A stretch of 64,000 nt of DNA, from the NCBI GenBank assembly GCA_965262915.1, contig OZ253564.1, positions 1,984,001 to 2,048,000 on the forward strand, read 5' to 3'. A program made the translations under genes and the position numbers. Below, one piece after another: positions 57,488 to 64,000 of the stretch. This stretch comes from Candidatus Spongiisociaceae bacterium (lineage in GTDB: Bacteria; Actinomycetota; Acidimicrobiia; Spongiisociales; Spongiisociaceae). Numbering within the stretch: position 1 is the stretch's first letter; each line of letters begins with the position of its first letter. The notes under the pieces are model-generated. The model saw nothing but the letters and a program-made list of their open reading frames with translations. It was not told where the DNA came from and made no database searches.

Positions 57488-59926
57488 GTGTCCGAGCACA
57501 CAGTTAGAGGCCGTGTCGGTGACAGAGAGGTCGTGTTTACCACCGGCAAGCTTGCCCGCCAGGCAAACGGAGCGGTGAGGGTATCGATGGGCGAGACGGA
57601 GACCCTGGTCACCGCCACCGCCAACGACAAGCCGAGGGATTCGGTGAATTTCTTCCCCCTCACGATCGATGTCGAGGAACGCATGTATGCGGTCGGCAAG
57701 ATTCCGGGGTCGTTCTTCAGACGCGAGGGTCGGGCCACGGAGAAGGCCACGCTGATTTGCCGGCTGATTGATCGGCCGCTCCGGCCCTCGTTCCGCAAGG
57801 GCTATCGCAACGACACCCATGTGGTAGTGACGGTCCTGCAGGTCGACGGGGAGAACGCCTACGACGTCCTGTCGCTGAACGGCGCTTCGGCTGCGCTGAC
57901 CTTGAGCGACCTTCCCTTCGAGGGGCCGCTCGGTGGAGTCCGTCTCGGCCTCCGCGAGGGCGAGTGGATTCCGTTTCCCACCTTCACCGAACTCGACGAG
58001 TGCGTGTTCGACCTGGTCGTGGTCGGGCGGCGAAACGGGTCCGGTTCGGTGGACATTGTGATGGTGGAGGCGGGCGCCCCGGATGCCGCCATGGATCTCA
58101 TCGCCGGAGGCCAGCCGCCCCCCGACGAGGCATTGGTGGGAGAAGGTCTCGAAGCGGCCAAGAACTTCATCGGCACGCTGATCGATCTCCAGACCGAGTT
58201 GGCGGCTGTGGCCGGCAATGAAGTGGGGGAGTGGCCGGCGTTCGTCGAATACACCGACGATGTTTACCGCCAGGTCGAGGACCTGGCAGCGGACGGGGTC
58301 GCGGAGATCGTGAGGATCGCTGACAAGACCGAGCGGACGGTCGCGGAGAAGGCGTTGCGTGATCGGGTTGTCGAGCACTTCGAGGAGAGCGAAGAAGGTA
58401 TGGCCGCCCAGGCCACCAGAGCGTTGAAGGCGCTGGCGAAGAAGACCATGCGCGAGCGGATCCTCAGCGAGGGGATCCGGATGGATGGCCGTACCTCCAC
58501 CGAGATCCGGCCGCTGGCGGCCGAGGTGGACGTGCTCAGTCGCGCTCACGGTTCCTCCCTGTTCACGAGGGGCGAGACGCAGGTGCTCAACGTGGTCACC
58601 CTCGGGATGCCCCGCATGGAACAGTTGCTCGACACCATCAGCAACGAGGAGAGCAAGCGGTACATGCACCATTACAACTTCCCGCCCTACTCGACCGGTG
58701 AGGCCGGGTTTATGCGCGGGCCCAAGCGGCGCGAGATCGGCCATGGGGCCCTGGCCGAGAAGGCGCTCAAGCCGGTGGTACCGCAAGACGACGGATTCCA
58801 GTACACGCTACGCCTCGTGTCGGAGGTCCTCTCCTCGAATGGGTCGTCGTCGATGGCCTCGGTCTGCGCCTCCTCCCTGTCGCTCATGGACGCCGGGATC
58901 AAGATCTCCGCACCGGTGGCGGGAATCGCCATGGGCTTGGTCGCCGAGAACGGCCAGTACGTGACCCTGACCGACATCCTCGGAGCGGAGGACGCGCTCG
59001 GGGACATGGACTTCAAGGTGGCCGGGACAGCGGACGTGATCACCGCCCTCCAGCTCGACATGAAGATCGACGGCCTTCCGTCGGAGGTCCTGGCCGGTGC
59101 GCTGGATCAGGCCAGGTCAGCCCGGCTGAAGGTGCTGGAGGTCATGGAGGCTGCCATCCACGACCCGCGCACCGAACTAAAGGAATCTGCCCCGCGGGTG
59201 GAGACCGTGCAGATACCGGTCGACAAGATCGGCGAGATCATCGGGCCCAAGGGCAAGGTGATCCGTGAGTTGGAACAGGTGACCGGAGCCACCCTCGAGG
59301 TCCAGGATGACGGGACGGTGCTGGTGTCGTCCAGCGACGGCACGTCGCTCGCCGATGCGATGGGTCGGGTAAAGGAGATCGCCTTCCCACCGCAGCCCGA
59401 GATCGACAAGGAATACGAGGGCAAGGTGGTGAGTATCACCGACTTCGGGGCTTTCGTGAACATCCTCCCCGGCCGCGACGGTCTGCTGCACATCTCGAAG
59501 ATCGACAGCACCCGTCACGTTCGCCGGGTCGGCGACTATCTCACGGAGGGAGACGACTTGAAAGTGGTGGTCGACTCCATCGACCGCGGTGGCAAGGTCT
59601 CCCTCAAGCTGGTCGAGGACCTTGAGCCCAAGCCCGATGCCCAACGCCCGAGGGGCGGAGACCGTGGCGGTGGTCGTGGTCGTGGCGGCGGCGGTGGTCG
59701 TGGCGGCGGCGGTGGTCGTGGTCGTGGCGGCGGCGGTGGTCGTGGCGGCGGCGGTGGTCGTGGTCGTGGCGGCGGCGGTGGTCGTGGCGGCAGCCGTGGC
59801 GGTAGCGGGGGCCCGCGCGGTCGTGACAACCGGGGTGGTAGCCGCCCCGGCGGTAACCGCCAGGGATCGGGCGGCGGTGGTCGCCGGTTCGCATCGTTCG
59901 AGGACGCCTTCAAAGACGGGATCTAG
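57488..59926 (+). CDS. pnp: polyribonucleotide nucleotidyltransferase with Gly/Arg-rich tail
   Basis: GKIPGSFFRREG, RREIGHG, SNGSSSMASVC, GDMDFKVAG, KH and S1 domains. Confidence 0.98.
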   Translation: MSEHTVRGRVGDREVVFTTGKLARQANGAVRVSMGETETLVTATANDKPRDSVNFFPLTIDVEERMYAVGKIPGSFFRREGRATEKATLICRLIDRPLRPSFRKGYRNDTHVVVTVLQVDGENAYDVLSLNGASAALTLSDLPFEGPLGGVRLGLREGEWIPFPTFTELDECVFDLVVVGRRNGSGSVDIVMVEAGAPDAAMDLIAGGQPPPDEALVGEGLEAAKNFIGTLIDLQTELAAVAGNEVGEWPAFVEYTDDVYRQVEDLAADGVAEIVRIADKTERTVAEKALRDRVVEHFEESEEGMAAQATRALKALAKKTMRERILSEGIRMDGRTSTEIRPLAAEVDVLSRAHGSSLFTRGETQVLNVVTLGMPRMEQLLDTISNEESKRYMHHYNFPPYSTGEAGFMRGPKRREIGHGALAEKALKPVVPQDDGFQYTLRLVSEVLSSNGSSSMASVCASSLSLMDAGIKISAPVAGIAMGLVAENGQYVTLTDILGAEDALGDMDFKVAGTADVITALQLDMKIDGLPSEVLAGALDQARSARLKVLEVMEAAIHDPRTELKESAPRVETVQIPVDKIGEIIGPKGKVIRELEQVTGATLEVQDDGTVLVSSSDGTSLADAMGRVKEIAFPPQPEIDKEYEGKVVSITDFGAFVNILPGRDGLLHISKIDSTRHVRRVGDYLTEGDDLKVVVDSIDRGGKVSLKLVEDLEPKPDAQRPRGGDRGGGRGRGGGGGRGGGGGRGRGGGGGRGGGGGRGRGGGGGRGGSRGGSGGPRGRDNRGGSRPGGNRQGSGGGGRRFASFEDAFKDGI
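59669..59791 (+). repeat. 42-bp in-frame tandem repeat (~2.9 copies) encoding GGRGRGGGGGRGGG
   Basis: GGTGGTCGTGGTCGTGGCGGCGGCGGTGGTCGTGGCGGCGGC at 59669, 59711 and 59753. Confidence 0.9.
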
Positions 59927-60023
59927 GAGGGTCCTCAAAACGGACAAAATGGTTGGCCCGTCGGCCGCCGGCGTAGCATTCTGTCATCGCCCGTCGGGCC
60001 AACAGGGGTTTCTCAGCACCTTC
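59927..60023 (+). mobile_element. ~98-bp miniature inverted-repeat element, copy 4
   Basis: CTAG (pnp stop)-GAGGGTCCTCAAAAC...GTTTCTCAGCACCTTC-CTAG. Confidence 0.75.
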
Positions 60024-60090
60024 CTAGCACGGGCCGAGCGCCCCGGCATCTCCTACCGGCCTGTCCGGAGGCCGCGTAAGCTACGTGGCG

Positions 60091-60957
60091 ATGCCGGAAC
60101 TCCCCGACGTAGTCGTATACCTGGAGGCGTTGGAGCGTTTCATCGGTGGTCGGATCATCGAGCGGGCCCGGGTGGTGTCCATCTCGTTGCTGGGTACCTA
60201 TGACCCCCCACTCCATGAGGTTGAGGGCAAGCGTGTGGTCGGTTTCCGGCGGATGGGCAAACGTCTCGTGTGGGAGTTGGACGACGACCTGTTCATGGTG
60301 TTCCACCTGATGATCGCGGGTCGGTTCCGCTGGCGAAAGCGGGGTGCCCCGGTGCCGAAGAAAGTGGGTCACGCGGCCTTCGACTTTGCGAACGGTACCT
60401 TGGTACTGACCGAGCAGGGCAGCAAGAAGCGGGCCTCGCTCCATATCCACCGGGACCGGGAGGGATTGGCCCGGCACGAGCGGGGCGGCGTCGAGCCTCT
60501 CGAAGCCGATCGTTCCGCATTTTCGAGGGCACTGCTGAGAGGGAACCACACCCTCAAGCGGGCACTCACCGATCCCCGGATACTCTCGGGTATCGGTAAT
60601 GCCTACTCGGACGAGATTCTCCATCGGGCGCGTCTCTCGCCGATAAAGCTCACCAGCCGGCTCACCGACCGCGAGGTCGCCCGTCTCCACGAGGCCACCA
60701 GAGATTCCCTGACCGAGTGGGTGGAGAGGTTGCGCGACGAGGTGGGGGACGGGTTTCCGGAGAAGGTGACAGCCTTCCGCCCCGAGATGGCCGTACACGG
60801 CAAGTACAAGGATCCCTGCCCGGTTTGCGGACACCCCGTCAGGAGGATCGTGTACGCCACCAACGAGACCAACTACTGCGCTGTGTGCCAGACAGGTGGC
60901 AGGATCCTCGCCGATCGCGCCCTCTCCCGGCTCCTGAAGGACGACTGGCCGCGCTGA
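60091..60957 (+). CDS. Fpg/Nei-family DNA glycosylase
   Basis: MPELPDV, GKRL, HLMIAG, GIGNAYSDEIL, CPVC...CAVCQ. Confidence 0.92.
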   Translation: MPELPDVVVYLEALERFIGGRIIERARVVSISLLGTYDPPLHEVEGKRVVGFRRMGKRLVWELDDDLFMVFHLMIAGRFRWRKRGAPVPKKVGHAAFDFANGTLVLTEQGSKKRASLHIHRDREGLARHERGGVEPLEADRSAFSRALLRGNHTLKRALTDPRILSGIGNAYSDEILHRARLSPIKLTSRLTDREVARLHEATRDSLTEWVERLRDEVGDGFPEKVTAFRPEMAVHGKYKDPCPVCGHPVRRIVYATNETNYCAVCQTGGRILADRALSRLLKDDWPR

Positions 60958-61105
60958 TCGACCTTGGCCAATACGCCTACCGATCTCCCGTTTTCCCGCA
61001 CGATGTTCGCGGAGTCCCCAAAGAACGATCCACCGGGAACTCCTCCAGTCAGGCCGGGACACGCCGTCTATTGTCCAGACCGCCGACACCACCCGGGTTG
61101 CCTTC

Positions 61106-61644
61106 GTGGGTGGGGCTCCCAGAACTCAGGTAGCGCGGTTCGTGGCCGGGCTTGGCCCGAGCGAACGCGACGATGTGGACACCCTTCTCGTGATCTTCAC
61201 GCTGCTGACCTCTCGGACGGTTACTGAAGCCGAGCTTGCGCCGATCATCCAGAAGCAACCCGTCGAGGCCAGATCGGTTCTGAAGCGGTTGGCCTCCGAC
61301 GATCCTGGGATCATCGAGACGACCCTGGAATCCAGAAGGCGGAGGAAGCCGACTTACCGGCTGCGGTCACCGGTTCTCGAATCTCTTGGTAGCGCAGTTC
61401 TATACCAACGGCAGGCCATCGAAGGCGTGGATATCAAGGTCATAGGCGGAGCGCGCATTCGCATATCCAGGACTACGGACGTATAAATAACCGCACTCTT
61501 CGGAACCTCTTCGACATCGATGTCCACCGTGCCAGTGCGCTGCTACGCAACCTCCAACGCCGGGGGCTCCTGGTCAAGACCTCTGAGCAGCAGCGCGGGC
61601 CAGCGGTGGAGTACGGTCCCGGCCCGCAGTTTCCGAGGCACTAA
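61106..61644 (+). pseudogene. C-terminal winged-helix remnant, probably of an AlbA/Schlafen-ATPase type regulator
   Basis: VARFVAGL..RDDVDTLLVIF...QK..EA..VL.RLA, then frameshifted NRTLRNLFDIDV..A..LL..L..RGLLVKTSEQQRGP.VEYGPG; family assigned from memory. Confidence 0.5.
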
Positions 61645-61788
61645 GAGGGCTAGCGGATAGGCGGAGCGCGCTCGCCCGTGTAGTCATTCCGAGGCGGCTG
61701 CTGGTCGAGAAACCCCAGGTCATCGCGGGCGGCTCTTGAAATGTCGCAGCCCGTGTCTCCCCAGGTGAGCACCTATCCGCTAGCCCTC
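61645..61788. mobile_element. 144-bp MITE with perfect 17-bp TIRs and TAA duplication
   Basis: TAA-GAGGGCTAGCGGATAGG ... CCTATCCGCTAGCCCTC-TAA. Confidence 0.8.
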
Positions 61789-61876
61789 TAAGCCGTTGGC
61801 AGGTTGCGCGCGAGTTTTGCAAACTCTTGAAGTAAGGGTAGACAAAGCAAAAACTATGGCCCGGTGTGCCGGGATG

Positions 61877-62869
61877 TCAGCGGGCGGCGGCTTCCCGCAA
61901 GGCCGGGAGCACTTCCGTACCGACGAGGTCGATCAGGGATTCCTGGTCCACAGCGGCCATCTGGATGGTGACCACATCGGCCGCGACGCCTTCGATCAAG
62001 GGGGTGTAGATGTCGATGATGTCCTGGGCTCCCGAGGCCCGCGCGTACTTGCCGAGGATCTCTTCCCTGGGCAGCTTGTCGGCCCGGCGCCGCAGGGTCA
62101 TCGGATCGACTGCCTGGAGGCGTCCCGGCGCCCGCAGCCCTCGCCACGAGTAGAGGGCTTCCCAGGCCTCCTCGTCGTTCTCGGCCATGATCGCCCAGCG
62201 GGAGGCGAGCACCACCGGGGCAGTGCGACCTGCTTCGGCTGCCGCTCGCGAAGCCGGATCGATCACCCGCTCCAGGGCGACGGCCGGGTCCTTTACGGAC
62301 ACGATGATCCCCTCTGCCTTGCGGCCGGCGAGCCCGGCCGACTTGGGACCTCCGGCCGCCATCAGGATCGGGACCTCGGATGCCGGGGGAGAGTACAGCT
62401 TGGCCCGATCGGTTACGTAGTACTCGCCTTCGTACGAGAGCTTGTCCCCGTCCAGCAGGCGGCGCATTATCTCGAGCGCTTCCGCCATCCTGGCGGCTCG
62501 CTCGGCGTACTTGGGAAAGCGGTAGCCTAAGGGGCCCTCGTTGATGTTCTCGCCGGTTCCGACGCCGAGGGTGAAGCGTCCTCCGCTCAGCCGGTCGAGC
62601 GTGGCGGCCGCCTGCGCAACGACTGCGGGATGGAATCTCCATAGGGGAGTGGTGACCCCGCTGGCCATTTCCAGGTGCGTGGTCGCCTGCGCGATGGCGC
62701 CCAGTGTCGAGAAGGCGAACCCGGAGGCCGAGGAATCGTCCACCCAGGGGTGAAAGTGCTCCGATACGACCACCATGTCGAAACCCGCCGCCTCGGCCAG
62801 TCGAGCGTGGCGGACGAGTTCTTCCGGATGCCATTGTTCATGGCCGCAGAAGTAGGCGAAACGGGTCAT
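61877..62869 (-). CDS. F420-dependent LLM oxidoreductase, G6PDH (TIGR03557)-like family
   Basis: HEQW.P, SEHFHPW, GVTTP..RFHPAVVAQA.AT, GVGTGENINE. Confidence 0.88.
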   Translation of the reverse strand: MTRFAYFCGHEQWHPEELVRHARLAEAAGFDMVVVSEHFHPWVDDSSASGFAFSTLGAIAQATTHLEMASGVTTPLWRFHPAVVAQAAATLDRLSGGRFTLGVGTGENINEGPLGYRFPKYAERAARMAEALEIMRRLLDGDKLSYEGEYYVTDRAKLYSPPASEVPILMAAGGPKSAGLAGRKAEGIIVSVKDPAVALERVIDPASRAAAEAGRTAPVVLASRWAIMAENDEEAWEALYSWRGLRAPGRLQAVDPMTLRRRADKLPREEILGKYARASGAQDIIDIYTPLIEGVAADVVTIQMAAVDQESLIDLVGTEVLPALREAAAR

Positions 62870-62958
62870 CGGAGGTGCATCACGGTCGGGATACTACCTT
62901 CGTGCGGATCGGGGCAGATCCACCGGTGGCCTCTCGCCTGACGCCGGACTCCTTCCAG

Positions 62959-63053
62959 GAGAGTGCTGAGCAATCCACCCGCGGCCTGTCGCTCCACGAA
63001 GTGCCTGGTCAACGGGAACGGGCCAACAGCAACCGTCATTGTTCAGCATTTTT
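62959..63053 (-). mobile_element. ~95-bp miniature inverted-repeat element, copy 5 (reverse orientation)
   Basis: GAGAGTGCTGAGCAAT...TTGTTCAGCATTTTT; internal similarity to the other copies; flanks CCAG/CTAA. Confidence 0.6.
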
Positions 63054-63161
63054 CTAAGCCGGCGCGGGCCACATGTACAGCAGCGCCATGATGGCGATGA
63101 ACAGGACCGCGGCAAGGACGAAGCCCCACCGGTTCCGGCGCGGGGCGTCGGGAGGTGGCAT
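63054..63161 (-). CDS. 35-aa single-pass membrane peptide
   Basis: MPPPDAPRRNRWGFVLAAVLFIAIMALLYMWPAPA*; GC-biased third positions; TATCCT 9 nt upstream. Confidence 0.45.
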   Translation of the reverse strand: MPPPDAPRRNRWGFVLAAVLFIAIMALLYMWPAPA

Positions 63162-63218
63162 TGCCCGCGTAGGATAGACGCCCGCGACCCGGTCCAGGAA
63201 CCAATCTCGGCATCCGTG

Positions 63219-63911
63219 CTACCAGACGGGCCAAGGCAGTGGAGGGCGGTCGGTCGGGGGGAAGGGATGCACCGGTTCCGCCAGGAGATCCTTGACCCGT
63301 TCCGCCAGAGCATCGGCTTCGCGCCCGCTCAGGAGTTCCGAGGCACGGGCCCAAAGCCGATGCTCGAGGGCATTATCCAGCCGCCGGACCGCCGCCACCA
63401 TGCTGTCCGGCAGGCGTTTTCCCGAGAACCCCCACAAGACGGTACGGAGTTTGGGTTGGGCGTGGAGGGTGACCCCATGGTCGATACACCAGAGGTGGCC
63501 TGACCGGTCGGCGATCACGTGTCCTGCCTTGCGGTCGGCGTTGTTGATCACCAGATCCAGGGTGACCACCGGCCAGAGCCGTGCATCGGACCGGTTGATG
63601 AGGGGGGCCGGGTCGAACTCATCGTTCACCTCGATGAACTCCTGGGCCGATCCCGGGCCGAACGGACCCTCCACTGCGAGAGTCTCGGGAACGGAGGACA
63701 GGCCGGCCGCTTCGGAAAGCTCGAACGTGAGTACCTCTCGGGCGGGCAGCGTGCGGGAGTCGAAGTCGTATAGGGGGCGCTGGCCCTGCTCGGGTTTGTA
63801 GACGACCAGCCGGCCCGTGTCCGTCGCAGCCAGCAGGGTTGCATTGGAGGCGTTGCGGAACCGTCCGATCACCTCGGTGATGGTCCAACCGCCGGAGGGC
63901 TGCTCGGTCAC
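63219..63911 (-). CDS. SCO1664-family (PI3/4-kinase-like) protein
   Basis: ASNAT, VYKP..G.RPL.DF...L..RE, NNADRKAGH, IDHGV..H..PKLRTVLWGF. Confidence 0.88.
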   Translation of the reverse strand: MTEQPSGGWTITEVIGRFRNASNATLLAATDTGRLVVYKPEQGQRPLYDFDSRTLPAREVLTFELSEAAGLSSVPETLAVEGPFGPGSAQEFIEVNDEFDPAPLINRSDARLWPVVTLDLVINNADRKAGHVIADRSGHLWCIDHGVTLHAQPKLRTVLWGFSGKRLPDSMVAAVRRLDNALEHRLWARASELLSGREADALAERVKDLLAEPVHPFPPTDRPPLPWPVW

Positions 63912-64000
63912 CCGGGCAGGCGGTGGCCGTTGCCCGAGGGACAGTCATGCCCGTCCGGCTCCTCGGGGAGCAAGCAGTTCGGGCACTGCGGGCGCCCGGC
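63908..64000 (-). CDS. DUF3090-family protein, C-terminus only (runs off window)
   Basis: AGRPQCPNCLLPEEPDGHDCPSGNGH; usual neighbour of SCO1664. Confidence 0.7.
   Translation of the reverse strand, partial: AGRPQCPNCLLPEEPDGHDCPSGNGHRLPG

Noticed and set aside
59669-59791. Possible CRISPR array
   Set aside because: In-frame tandem coding repeat without spacers; no CRISPR array or cas gene was seen anywhere in the window.

Overview
High-GC actinobacterial chromosome segment; Acidimicrobiia-like by gene content, which is an inference. It has four parts. (1) 1-23.4 kb: a convergent catabolic cluster with six luciferase-like (LLM/F420) oxidoreductases, an amidase with a small coupled partner ORF, D-aminoacylase, two CoA ligases, thiolase/DUF35, class-III aminotransferase, nitrilase-family hydrolase, dihydropyrimidinase-like enzyme, MmgE/PrpD and several deletion scars. 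(2) 23.6-27.8 kb: mobile and decayed DNA. A frameshifted IS110 element has a left end that folds into a complete bridge-RNA architecture whose guides match its own insertion site and circle junction. It sits in the left end of an ISL3-like remnant, next to a second degenerate ISL3 and Shedu-like, FN3 and RDD fragments. (3) 28-60 kb: the core pdxH-xerC-rpsB-tsf-pyrH-frr-cdsA-dxr-rseP...ispG-proS-rimP-nusA-infB-rbfA-truB-ribF-rpsO-pnp backbone. After rseP it is interrupted by a two-gene helicase module (1673-aa DEDDh exonuclease-DinG-RecQ fusion plus a degenerate-NERD/UvrD-like helicase), bounded by copies of the rseP 3' end and followed by a decayed tRNA-Arg and a 507-bp rseP duplication. (4) 60-64 kb: Fpg/Nei, an LLM, SCO1664/DUF3090 genes and miniature inverted-repeat elements. 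All family assignments come from motif recognition by eye; no searches were run.
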